Shown here in pieces: positions 15,156 to 27,055 of a stretch of 64,000 bases of DNA. The notes under the pieces are model-generated. The model had not been told where the DNA came from. It did no database searches and saw nothing but the letters and a program-made list of their open reading frames with translations. The position numbers and the translations under genes are program-made. The stretch's first letter is position 1, and every line of letters starts with the position of its first letter. The stretch covers positions 4,720,152-4,784,151 of the forward strand of contig CM119270.1 of assembly GCA_051294375.1 (NCBI GenBank), written 5' to 3'. This DNA is from Paraspadella gotoi (taxonomy: Eukaryota > Animalia > Chaetognatha).

Positions 15156-15410
15156 TGTGGCGGTATATTCACACCACCTCACGTCCTCCATCGTTCAGCC
15201 AATTTGATTGGCTCAGAAGGGTAACACACCTTCCCCGGCGTTGTGTTCCATCCACAGTCCTAACGACTTCCCTCTGCGTTGGCAAAGCGAGACCGTCCTA
15301 GGGTAACGGCGCCAGTGACTGGATGTGTCACTGAGGGTCGGAAGCCCTCAACGCTAACAGTGAGATGCCCCATCCCAATGGGCATCACAGGCAACCCGGC
15401 TGTTGCCATA
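15156..15410 (+). mobile_element. ~255-bp solo-LTR-like element, copy 1 (TSD ATAG)
   Basis: Termini TGTGGCGG...GTTGCCATA with ATAG on both sides; homologous to three other copies in the window. Confidence 0.8.
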
Positions 15411-15451
15411 ATAGAAGTATAATATATCATGAAAATATAAGAATATGAAGT

Positions 15452-15636
15452 GACAGTAATTATTGTTGTGTTAGTGACAGAACCGTTCAATTAAGCAGGT
15501 CCTGAGCTGGATCAGGCTGTAACACTCGTGTTACAGGCGGGTTAACGCCCCTCCCTCTTAACTGCAGACGCCACCGGGCTAGAACCCCGACCTTTGGGTT
15601 GGGAGGCGAATGACTTGCCTCGGCACCAATGGCCCT
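15452..15636 (-). mobile_element. tRNA-headed SINE, copy 1 (5' truncated), with twister-like body
   Basis: B-box GGTTCTAGCCC on the minus strand; aligns with the copy at 15848-16051. Confidence 0.7.
15495..15565 (-). ncRNA. Candidate twister ribozyme (P5-type permutation), copy 1
   Basis: GCAGUU-AA-GAGG-GAGGG-GCGU-UAA-CCC-GC-CUGUAACAC(GA)GUGUUACAG-CCUGA-UCCAGC-UCAGG-ACCUGC; twister motifs GAGGG, UAA, GC and a P4 hairpin are present, but the L4 loop is 2 nt short. Confidence 0.4.
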
Positions 15637-15847
15637 AATGAACGGTTGTGGGTTTTAGTTCACATACATCCTCCCTGTAGGAGAGAGTCTGTTGCGTCTC
15701 TTCAGTGTATTGTTGTTGTGAATAGTTCGTCACCAAGTTGAGGCATGTCCCTGATGTGTTGTGGCGGAAAGTGCATCCCAGGTTGGAGCATGTCGCCTGA
15801 AAGTGTTTGTGCTCTGTTGTGTTCGAAGTCGGGCTCACCAATGAAGA

Positions 15848-16051
15848 GACAGTAATTATTGTTATGGTTAGTGAAGAACGTTCAATATAAGCAGTCCCTG
15901 AGCTTCGGATCAGGCTGTAACTCGTTACAGCGGGTTAAGGCCCCCTTCTCTTAACTGCAGCGCCACCGGGCTAGAACCCCGGACCTTTGGTTGGGATGAA
16001 CGCGTACTAGTCGGACAATGGCTGATGGCTTTACTCAATGAGCCACCGGTC
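15848..16051 (-). mobile_element. tRNA-headed SINE, copy 2, with twister-like body
   Basis: A-box TGGCTCATTGAG and B-box GGTTCTAGCCC, then a structured body and AT-rich tail shared with copy 1. Confidence 0.72.
15891..15958 (-). ncRNA. Candidate twister ribozyme (P5-type permutation), copy 2
   Basis: GCAGUU/GACUGC closing stem, UAA, GC, P3 UGUAAC/GUUACA, P4 CCUGA/UCAGG with loop UCCGAAGC (twister consensus UCCYAAGC). Confidence 0.42.
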
Positions 16052-16877
16052 AGACTGAAGATGTCATGCTTATAGGCGGGGTGAACCTAGGCAATGCCCG
16101 ACTCTACAATATTTCAAATGTCAACGAAACATCCTTCCAAAAATAAATTGCTGAGGGTAAATTTAAGATTTTAGCAAATTGTGATTGGCCTATCTTAATC
16201 TTTTTTTTTCCAGGCTTATTACTCTTTACTATAAATAATAATATTTGCAAATGGTTTGCGGCGCTATAAAATTGTTACATGTACATTGCAATTATCGTAT
16301 ATTATATAGAGAGCGAAAAAAGAGAAAGAGAAAAAAAAAAAGCTCATCATATTCTGAGTCAAATTCGACCAGAAGAGTCTTCAATGAATTCACGCTCCTC
16401 CATTAATTTGAATGATTATCAGTCGAATTCGATTTTCGACCAGTAAATAAGTCGCAGCGACTTTTCCGACCGTTTGCGAGTCGAAAAATGGCCGAAAAAG
16501 GCGCTTCTACTTATACCGGATGAGGAGGAGAGCAAGTGAAGCGCTCTTTCGACTATGATTCAGACTTCCTCTAACTTACAATGAAATCATAAATTAAAAT
16601 TTATATGATCCTCATTTACTTGTAAATTTAATTGAAAATACATTGCCATGTATTATTTTTATTTGTAATTTAGACTTAAATGAAAATAGATACTTAACCA
16701 GTAACCACGTGTAAATAAAACAAAAACATTTGACATTGACGTAGATACATTATCCATCGAGATGGTGCCATCTATTAGATGCTCTATGCCGATTGTGCGA
16801 CAACATAAAAAATATGATTTTTAAAATTTTTAAATAAAAATGTATAGGTTTACAAAAAGTGTAAAGTTTATTAATGG

Positions 16878-17274
16878 TCATCCAACTTAGTAATGGGTAC
16901 TCTCCTGTGCGTCCTATCAGCCACAACCACTTTACTATGTTCAACAGAGTATATTAGCCATTATGTACAACAAGTAGAGGGAGAAGTTTAATACCTAAAT
17001 TATTTAAATACTTATTATCATTATAACTATCATTTAAACTATCATTTAAACTCACATCTTAGGCTTCCCATAGACTAAGTGACATAATTTAGCATAAATT
17101 AAAGAAAGGAAAAATAATTCAAATCTCGTTCTGCTCCGTGTCCTCGGCACCGCCTCTCTAAATCCCTACGCGTGGATTCTTAGCGCCGGTTCACTTAATC
17201 GGCGTCCCGACGCTAAGCGTCCGCCACGCCCGGCGCTATGCCAGCGGCGCCGCATCGTGCCGTCTTATTATACA
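16878..17274 (-). repeat. 3' LTR of the BEL/Pao element
   Basis: Starts TGTATAATAAG on the minus strand, directly preceded by purine-rich AAGAAAATTATGGGGAC (PPT-like); matches 26650-27055; its distal end is eroded. Confidence 0.92.
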
Positions 17275-17849
17275 GTCCCCATAATTTTCTTATAAATTCA
17301 CTCCCCGGCACGTGCTTCGCAGCTGGCACGCGCTCTTTCCGCTTCTCTGCTCCGCGGTTCTGCTGCATCGGCTGGCCGCTCCGTCTTGCTCCTTTCTGCC
17401 GCCGCATCTCGATACTTGTTCAATCCCGCTCCATCGTTCTGCTGCCGCAGCTGTTCTCGATTCTCGATCCATCTCGCTCCGTCGTTCTGCTGCCGCAGCT
17501 GTTCTCGTCCCCATCTGCGGCTTCCATCGTTCGATCCGCCGCGACTTTACCGCTCGTCAGGTACAAATTTTATTAGTTTTCACTCCGCAGCAGCATACAT
17601 TCTACCTAGCTCCGCTTCAAGTCATGACTCGCGCGTTGCAGCAGCACCACTCAGCAGCAGTTTACCAGAGTAGCAGCGTTTCCAGATAATACTTTGTCCT
17701 CGAATAATAATTAATCCAACGATATTCGTTTCCAGATAATAATTCGTCCTCGAATAATAATTAATCCAACGATATCTCGGCTTCATGTCTTCATCTACAT
17801 CAACTAAATTTGTTTCCGTAATTTTTGTTTTCTGACTGACCTTTTCAGG

Positions 17850-20169
17850 GTCCCTTTCGACCGGCCACTGACTCTCTCGGATCCTTCAGCCATTCGGGCC
17901 TTCATGGAACACCTCCATTTCTCTGCATCACTGCCGCCAACCCCTGCCTGCGTGAAGTCTGCTGGGTTTTTTTTCGCCAGGTACGTGAGCCCAATCTGAA
18001 ATTCTTGTCAATGATCTTGATTGCTTTTAACCTAAAGTTTTCAAACGTGCAAATCTCTTTGTCCAGCTTTGATCCATTTCAACACTGTCAGCGAGTCTGT
18101 CAACATCACAATTTCGTCAAACGTCTCTCCGCTCTCTCTCACGATGACGTCCCTCATCTGGGCCGCGAGGCCGCGCGGCATGAGTTCGAGTCGTGGCATG
18201 CTATCTCCGTGCTCCATTTGTCCTGGTATGACCTTTCTCTGCATTTGTAGGGTACAACGTGGCTGGGAGTAAAAATATGAAAAATGACTTTCTTTCGATC
18301 GTCATTCTCTTTTTTCATGTAGGCTACGGCTCCATATCATCAAAGCGTCCGCAAAACTATGAGGGATCCTTGCCGCCGTTTGATTCGTCCACCTAGGTAT
18401 TTTTATTTTCTTCAAATGAGGGAGGCTTCTCCTCCAGTCATTGACTCCTTCCGTAGTTCCTCCGGATTTTCTCATCCCAATCAATTTTCAGGCTTGCGTT
18501 TTCTGCGCCAATATTCGTCCCTTCAACGTGAAGGCGAGACGATTCCCAATGGATCAAAGACCGACGCGACAAGTCTCCACAGGTCTCTCTTTGTGTTCAC
18601 TTCATTTTCTGCTCTTTTGATTTTTTATAAAGTATACGTCTCTTCTGAAGTTTATCCGGCTCCAAGCACTTTGGATGCGTGCTCACCTTCCGACGGGGCC
18701 TCCGGAAAGCATTCTCTGCGACCGATTCCAAGTCGTCGGCAGCTCCTCACTTGTGATTCGGCCGTAACCTCCGCCTCGACCTCCTCGTCCGTGTCGACCA
18801 AGCACTCCGGGTGTGACGACTGCCACTTACCCAACTCGAAGCCTCCTCTCTTCAAGGCCTCTACCAGGTTCCTCCGCATTCTCCTTGCTTCCACGTCGTC
18901 CAAGGAATCCAGGTAATCATCTACGTAAAACTTTAAGAATAATGCTATGATAACTTCTGGTGGGAATTCATGTTCGATGCTTTTCCCATGATATTGTAGT
19001 ACGAATGTGGCCACCCCGGGGCTGCCTGCTCCCCCGAATACATGTACTAAGGGTTCATGCTTTTCCAGATTTTTTAACGTTTTGTCTTTGTAGAAAAAAT
19101 ATCGAAATGCCCCAACATCCTTTGGGTCGAGTTCAATTTGGTGAAAAAATAATTTAATATCCGCGGCCAGAGTCACTTTCTTCTTTCTAAATTTAAATAA
19201 TATTCCAAGTAACGGGGTCAAATTGTCTGGTCCGGGTATAAGCTCGTCATTGAGGGATCGTCCTCTCACCTTTGAGGCGCAATCTTGACAGATCCTGAAC
19301 TTTCCAGGTTTGTCTTCCCTCGTCACGACGTGCAGGGGCGCGTAAAACTCTGGATCTTCCTTCAACGTGTCCACGATCACTCTTCTCGCGTGGCCCATCT
19401 CGATGGTTTCCTCCATCGTCTTCATCACTCCTTCAAGTAATACTGGATCATTTTTCATTTTGTAAGCAGTTTTTCTGGCTCTATTTTGCGCATTTTTTAT
19501 TGCATCTTCTTTCACTGTTTTGAAATATTTTGCTGTAGCTTCCCTCCCCTTTTTCCAGGGTGACGGTGCTATATAGTGGCCGGTGATTGGGTTTTTCCTT
19601 ATCCCTGCTTCCAACTGCTCCAGGGCGTATTGGTCCTGCGCTGAGGGATGGACAACCTCTGACGGGTATCTTTCATCTCCGTGTAGTATAAAATCGTGTC
19701 AGAACATGGTATGTATAATGTTTTCTAGTTTTTCATAATCTTCAGTATCAGTGCAACAATCTACTGTTTCATGATTTTCATTTTGTGATTTTCCCACCAA
19801 GGTCCAGCCGAACGCCGTCTTCAGTGCCATGGGCTGTTCCGGATTTCCCATTCTCGTCTCTCCTCCTATCCAAAGAGGGGCAAATCTCGCGTCCAAAATA
19901 ATTTCTATTGAATCGTTTTTTAATTCATCAAATATAACATCCTTCATGTAACTGTAATTTTGTATATCCGTATTTTTGCATGGTTTTTCGTTTTCTGTGG
20001 TCAGAATATCGCCTACTAACACTTTTTTGATTGGTGTAGAGTTAGATCCATTTAGTGCTGTTATTGTTAGGTCAACATAATTTCTCCAGCTTTTTGATGT
20101 TTTTTCGTAGGTAGTTAGATTAGTATACAATGCATAGGTTTTTAGGCTTAGTTCATTTACAATTTTTGA
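17850..20169 (-). pseudogene. BEL/Pao pol fragment (end of protease, RT, RNase H), frameshifted; no integrase
   Basis: TAFGWTLVG, LAADIKLFFHQIEL, KFYVDDYLDS, MPRLEL, LTDSLTVLKWI, WAHVPGEKNPAD, EGPEWL spread over several frames. Confidence 0.92.
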
Positions 20170-21850
20170 CGAGAGATGAGATCAGGCATTTCGACGCCGA
20201 GGAGGAAGATGAGAGGGAACATGACTTCGACGGACTGGAGACGGTAGTCGAAACGCCGCATGGAGCCCAGGTGTTGCCAGTAACAGCAGCACACCAACCC
20301 AACAACAAACGCAGAAGACGCAACAAACGCAGCTGGCGCAACACATACGACCAACGCACACGCAGCAAACGCAACAAACGCAGCTGACGCAACACACACA
20401 CAACGCAACAAACTCAACCGATGCAACAAACACAGCTGACGCAACAAACGCAGTCGACACAGCAGAAGCGCAGACCCCCGCGCCAGAGGCACAGGGTCGA
20501 AACGACGACCTCACTTGGAGAGAAATACAAGATATGAAGTCGAAAAGGAACCGCCGGCCCCTATTGACGCTCGTCCAGGTCCAGTACCGCAGGTGACAGC
20601 GATGGTTCCGTTCCCAGCAAGTCGAGCAGATCTCTCCCATCAGACCGTAATAGAGCCAGCGAAACACAACCCCACCTTCACCAGCCAGCAATGTGAGATA
20701 GCGCCCGCGGCGGAGAATCCGGGGCGCCTCCCGCCGCCCCTCTGGATCCAATACTCTGCCGCATTCAACTGCAGCAACAAGCCCTGATGTTACTGACAAA
20801 AAAGACCGAAATTAAAGTTTACGGGCGACAAAAGGATAGACTTTGAATCTCAGCTAAACCTTTTCAAATCCCTTGCCAACATTGACGGAATCACAGACGA
20901 AATGATGTTTACGGAGTTGAGGAATATTCGCCGTGCTTACATATTATTTCTCGTTTTGAGTCCTTTACTGATTATACACAAGCTCTTAACAAAGTCATGA
21001 GGCATTAAAATTTGAATTTGGCAAAAAGCCCATACAGCTAAACAAATGCTAGGTGAATGGTTGAAAGGAGGAAAATACGTGACGCGGCTCAGGTTAAGAC
21101 TCGAAAAAATTCATGCATGGCATGTGATACTGGTCGAGGTACGGGGTTCGGGACAACACGTACAATGACATACTAACAAAAGACTGGCGCAGTATGGCGC
21201 AGCTTGGGCCAAAAGGATGGCGGACGACAGCCTGGCGAGATTAGCGGACGAAAACGACGATCTGACGCACGATGTTGAGCCCAAATTTGAAGAGTTTACG
21301 CGCTTCCTAAAGAGACAGTCCTTGATCCAGGAGAATACCGGCGTCATCTTTGGAACGGGAATGACGGCGACACCAACGCCGCGCCCGGACGTACAACAAG
21401 ACCTTCAAGAAACGGAACGTCTTAGCCAATATTTCCGCCAGCACTGAATGTAGCATTTCCAAACCCCAACTCAAACCCACACACCCACGCTCCACGCCCT
21501 TCCTCACCGCTAAAATGCGCGTTCTGCAGCTTGGGCACCATACAGGGTCATGCAGAAAATATCTGGGGCTGGGAAAAGAGGCAAGAGGCATGATGCTGGA
21601 TAAAGAGGTTTGTGCCGACGATGTTTGACGCCGGGTCATGTCGCCGCAAAATGCGACAAACTTCTTGGTTGCAGAATCTGATGAGGCCGCACTCTTCACT
21701 CCACGCCGATGACGCCACATCCTGCCTGACTGCGGCGGCGTACGCGGCGACGGGGGCGTTCCGTCCAATCGTTCCCATCATCGTATACCATGGAGAAAAA
21801 GGAATCACCACGTACGCCTTATTGGACTCAGAGCAACAAGGTCGGCTATA
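20170..21850 (+). pseudogene. BEL/Pao gag (middle, CCHC knuckles) and protease start, inverted relative to the LTRs
   Basis: KFTGD motif near 20815; CAFC..GHHTGSC, CRRCLTPGHVAAKC and CRIC...H near 21510-21705; TYALLDS near 21810. Confidence 0.85.
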
Positions 21851-21854
21851 TCAT

Positions 21855-24516
21855 CAAAAATTGTAAATGAACTAAGCCTAAAAACCTATGCATTGTATAC
21901 TAATCTAACTACCTACGAAAAAACATAAAAGCTGGAGAAATTATGTTGACCTAACAATAAACACATAAATGGATCTAACTCTACACCAATCAAAAAAGTG
22001 TTAAGTAGGCGATATTCTGACCACAGAAAACGAAAAACCATGCAAAAATACGGATATACATACATTAAGGATGTTATATTTGATGAATTAAAAAAACGAT
22101 TCAATAGAAATTATTTTGGACGCGAGATTTGCCCCTCTTTGGTAGGAGGAGAGACGAGAATGGGAAATCCGGAACAGCCCATGGCACTGGACAGGGCGTT
22201 CGGCTGGACCTTGGTGGGAAAATCACAAAATGAAAATCAGAAACAGTAGATTGTTGCACTGATACTGAAGATTATGAAAAACTAGAAAACATTATACATA
22301 CCATGTTCGACACGATTTTATACTACACGGAGATGAAAGATACCCTCAGAGGTTGTCCATCCCTCAGCGCAGAACCAATACGCCCTGGAGCAGTTGGAAG
22401 CAGGGATAAGGAAAAACCCAGTCACCGCCACTATATAGCACCGTCACCCTGGAAAAAGGGGAGGGAAGCTACAGCAAAATATTTCAAAACAGTGAAAAAA
22501 GATGCAATAAAAAATGCGCAAAAAGAGCCAGAAAAACTGCTTACAAAATGAAAAATGATCCAGTATTACTTGAAGGAGTGATGAAGACGATGGAGGAAAC
22601 CATCGAGATGGGCCACGCGAGAAGAGTGATCGTGGACACGTTGAAGGAAGATCCAGAGTTTTACGCGCCCTTGCACGTCGTGACGAGGGAAGACAAACCT
22701 GGAAAGTTCAGGATCTGTCAAGATTGCGCCTCAAAGGTGAGAGGACGATCCCTCAATGACGGCTTATACCCGGACCAGACAATTTGACCCCACTGAATAT
22801 TAGAAAGAAAGAAAGTGACTCTGGCCGCGGATATTAAATTATTTTTTCACCAAATTGAACTCGACCCAAAGGATGTTGGGGCATTTCGATATTTTTCTAC
22901 AAAAGACAAAAAAAATCTGGAAAAGCATGAACCCTTAGTACAGTATTCGGGGGAGCAGGCAGCCCCGGGGTGGCCACATTCGTACTACAATATCATGGGA
23001 AAAGCATCGAACATGAATTCCCACCAGAAGTTATCATAGCATTATTCTTAAAGTTTTACGTAGATGATTACCTGGATTCCTTGGACGACGTGGAAGCAGG
23101 AGAAGCGGACAGTGAGTGCGGCTTGAAGGGGAGGAGGAGAGTTTGGGTAAGTGCAGTCGCACACCGGAGTGCTTGGTCGACACGGACGAGGAGGTCGAGG
23201 CGGAGGTTACGGCGATCACAAGTGAGGAGCTGACCGACGACTTGGAATCGGTCGCAGAGAATGCTTTCCGGAGGCCCGTCGGAAGGTGAGCACGCATCCA
23301 AAGTGCTTGGAGCCGGATAAACTTCAGAAGAGACGTATACTTTATAAAAAATTCAAAAGAGCAGAAAATGAAGTGAACACAAAGAGAGACCTGTGGAGAC
23401 TTGTCGCGTCGGTCTTTGATCCATTGGGAATCGTCTCGCCTTCACGTTGAAGGGACGAATATTGGCGCAGAAAACGCAAGCCTGAAAATTGATTGGGATG
23501 AGAAAATCCTGGAGGAATACGGAAGGAGTCAATGACTGGAGGAGAAGCCTCCCTCATTTGAAGAAAATAAAAATACCTAGGTGGACGAATCAAACGGCAG
23601 GCAAGGATCCCTCATAGTTTTGCGGACGCTTTGATGATATGGAGCCGTAGCCTACATGAAAAAAGAGAATGACGATCGAAAGAAAGTCATTTTCATATTT
23701 TTACTCCCAGGCCACGTGTACCCTACAAATGCAGAGAAAGGTCATACCAGGACAAATGGAGCACGGAGATAGCATGCCACGACTCGAACTCATGCCGCGC
23801 GGCTCGCGGCCCAGATGAGGGACGTCATCGTGAGAGAGAGCGGAGAGACGTTTGACGAAATTGTGATGTTGACAGACTCGCTGACAGTGTTGAAATGGAT
23901 CAAAGCTGGACAAAGAGATTTGCACGTTTGAAAACTTTAGGTTAAAAGCAATCAAGATCATTGACAAGAATTTCAGATTGGGCTCACGTACCTGGCGAAA
24001 AAAAACCCAGCAGACTTCACGCAGGCAGGGTTGGCGGCAGTGATGCAGAGAAATGGAGGTGTTCCATGAAGGCCCGAATGGCTGAAGGATCCGAGAGAGC
24101 AGTGGCCGGTCGAAAAGGGACCTGAAAAGGTCAGTAGAAAACAAAATTACGGAAACAAATTTAGTGATTGTAGATGAAGACAGCGCGGATACTCGTGGAT
24201 TAATTGATTATCGAACGAATTTATCTGAACGAATATCTGTTTGATTAATTAATTAATTCGAGACAAAGTATTATCTGGAAACGCTGCTACTCTGGGTAAA
24301 CCTGCCTGCTGAGGTTTTGGGTGCTGCTGCAGTTCACGCTGTTGCGAGAGGAATGCAAATCTGGAGTCATGACTTGGATATTAAATAAGGCGGTAGCTAG
24401 AGTAATAGGTATGGCTGCTGGCGTGAGATGAAAAAACTAATGAAATTTTGTACCTGACAGGAGCGGTAAAAGTCGCGGCGGGAATTCGATACGATGGATT
24501 GAGCCGCAGCATGGGA
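21855..24516 (+). pseudogene. Inverted duplicate of the pol fragment, noisy and ending at an N gap
   Basis: Near-exact reverse complement of ~17510-20169; quality decays after ~24170. Confidence 0.85.
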
Positions 24517-24541
24517 NNNNNNNNNNNNNNNNNNNNNNNNN

Positions 24542-25417
24542 GAGAGCATTAAAATTTGAATTTGGCAAAAAAGCCCATACAGCTAAACAAATGCTAGGTG
24601 AATGGTTGAAAGGAGGAAAAATCCGTGACGCGGCTCAGGTTAAAACCGCGATCTTGGAACTCGAAAAAATTCATGCATGGCATGTGGACTGGTCGAGTAC
24701 GGGGTTCGGGACACAAGACACGTACAATGCATATCTAACAAAAGACTGCCGCAGTATGGCGCAGCTTGGGCCAAAAGGATGGCGGACGACAGGCTGGCGA
24801 GATTAGCGGACGAAAACGACGATCTGACGCACGATCGTTTGAGCCCAAATTTGAAGAGTTTACGCGCTTCCTAAAGAGACAGTCCATGATCCAGGAGAAT
24901 ACCGGCGTCATCTTTGGAACGGGAATGACGGCGACACCAACGCCGCGCCGCGGACGTACAACAAGACCTTCAACCGAAACGGAACGTCTTATGCCAATAT
25001 TTCCGCCAGCACTGAAGGTGTAGCATTTCCAAACCCCAACTCAAACCACACACCCACGTCTCCGCCCTTCCTCACCGCTAAATGCGCGTTCTGCAAGCTT
25101 GGGCACCATACAGGGTCATGCAGAAAATATCTGGGGCTGGGAAAAGAGGCAAGAGGCATGATGCTGGATGAAAGAGGGTTGTGCCGACGATGTTTGACGC
25201 CGGGTCATGTCGCCGCAAAATGCGACAAACTTCTTGGTTGCAGAATCTGTGGAGGACCGCACCACTCTTCACTCCACGCCGATGACGCCACATCCTGACT
25301 CGCGGCGGCGTACGCGGCGACGGGGCGTTCCGTCCAATCGTTCCCATCATCGTATACCATGGAGAAAAAGGAATCACCACGTACGCCTTATTGGACTCGG
25401 AGCAACAAGGTCGGCTA
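24542..25417 (+). pseudogene. Second copy of the gag CCHC/protease segment
   Basis: Direct repeat of ~21003-21849 just after the N gap; ends at YALLDSGATRSA. Confidence 0.85.
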
Positions 25418-26649
25418 TGATCGTTTTCCCTTCTCCTTAAATCCAACTGCTTTTCCTTATTTTCCAGCTCCAACCTCAACTGCTTTTCCTTGCTCTCTAA
25501 CTCCAGCTTCAATCTTTCGATTTCCAACCTGTCTCNNNNNNNNNNNNNNNNNNNNNNNNNNNNNNNNNNNNNNNNNNNNNNNNNNNNNNNNNNNNNNNNN
25601 NNNNNNNNNNNNNNNNNNNNNNNNNNNNNNNNNNNNNNNNNNNNNNNNNCCGGGAGCTGCGGGATCCGCCCGACATCACTGATCCTCCCTTCTTCGGCGA
25701 CGATGCCGTGGGTCCTGACAAGACCACTGTTTGCGTTGGCGAATGGTTAGTCGTCCGGGCGTGCCCGACTTCTCTGACATCACCGGTGGAGAAGCTTCTT
25801 TGTGAGGCAAATGGAACTGGAGGAACTATGGTGCATAGCGCGGATGTGGACTGTGTGGAGGCGGACCGACGAGCCGGATATTCATTGAGCGCTCGGTGAG
25901 CCCCGTCTAGAACCATCCTGGCCCTATCACTTTCCAAGGCTGATATCAAATCAACGACGTCATGCAGTTGCCCTACCGCTTTGATCAACAGCTCTGATGC
26001 TCCTCCGCGGCAATCGTGTCTGGGTTCGGGTCATGCTTTGCCAGCTGTGCGCACTTCCTGAAGTCTTTGATCCCTTCGGCCAATGCGGTAACGTAATGTC
26101 TCACTCCTCTCTGAGTCTGATTGTCAGCATCCCCGGTAAAATACCCTAACAACAATTCCATACTGACGGCGCATCTGGCAGAGGACCCAACCGTACGTGA
26201 CATAATATAATCAACGGCAATTCGGCAGAAAATAAATAATAAGACAATTTATATTTTGTACTTTTTTTTATTTGTGACTGTGTGAGTGACGACCGGCACA
26301 CCAATTCTCCGTTTTCTATCTGCTCGATTGACAAATACGTACCCGCCTGTAAACTGAATGAGTCTAAATCTCCAAATAGATTAGGTTAATAAGTTCTTCT
26401 GCTCTTGGCGCTGAACTTCGGTTCTTGACGCCAGACTTCAGACTTCGAACTTCGGCTTTAATGCCCAACTTCTGGCTTCAGCTCAATGGCTCAACTTCGG
26501 CTTTTAATGCCAACTTCTGGCTAGCTCAATGGCTCACTTCGGCTGTATCGCCCAACTTCGAATCTTTGCGCTAAAGGGTTAGAGGTTAGCTCGCTCACCT
26601 GCCACCAAGACCAACTTGTATCTCACCAAGGACGCAATCACCAGCCAAA

Positions 26650-27055
26650 TGTATTAAATATCAACTTAGTAATGGGTACTCTTCCTGTGCGTCCTATCAG
26701 CGACAACCACTTTACTAGCGTTCAACAGAGTATATTAGCCATTATGTACAACAAGTAGAGAGGAGAAGTTTAATACCTAGAATGATTTAAATACTTATTA
26801 TCATTATAACTATCATTAAACTATCATTAACTCAATCTTAGGCTTCCCAGAGCTAAGTGAACATAATTAGCATAAATTAAAGAAAGGAAAATAATTCAAA
26901 TCTCGTTCTGCTCCGTGCCTCGGCACCGCGTCTCTAAATCCCTACGCGTGGATCTTAGCGCCGGGTTCGCTTTAATCGGCGTACCCAACGCTAAGCGTCC
27001 ACCACCCTGCCTCGGCGCATCTGCCAGGGCGCGCATCGTGCCGTCTTATTATACA
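26650..27055 (-). repeat. 5' LTR of the BEL/Pao element
   Basis: TGTAT...ATACA terminal inverted motif; followed on the minus strand by TTTGGCTGGTG (PBS position, primer tRNA not identified). Confidence 0.92.

Larger units (their letters stand above)
16878..27055 (-). mobile_element. BEL/Pao LTR retrotransposon, defective and rearranged
   Basis: Two ~400-bp direct LTRs, 5-bp TSD AATGG (16873-16877, 27056-27060), triple CCHC gag knuckles, ALLDSGA protease, RT YVDD, and Pao RNase H motifs FDPLG, PRLEL, TDS, NPAD. Confidence 0.95.

Noticed and set aside
26405-26570. AACTTCGG/AACTTCTGG short repeats, superficially CRISPR-like
   Set aside because: No unique spacers; tandem repeats in the retrotransposon leader of a eukaryote.
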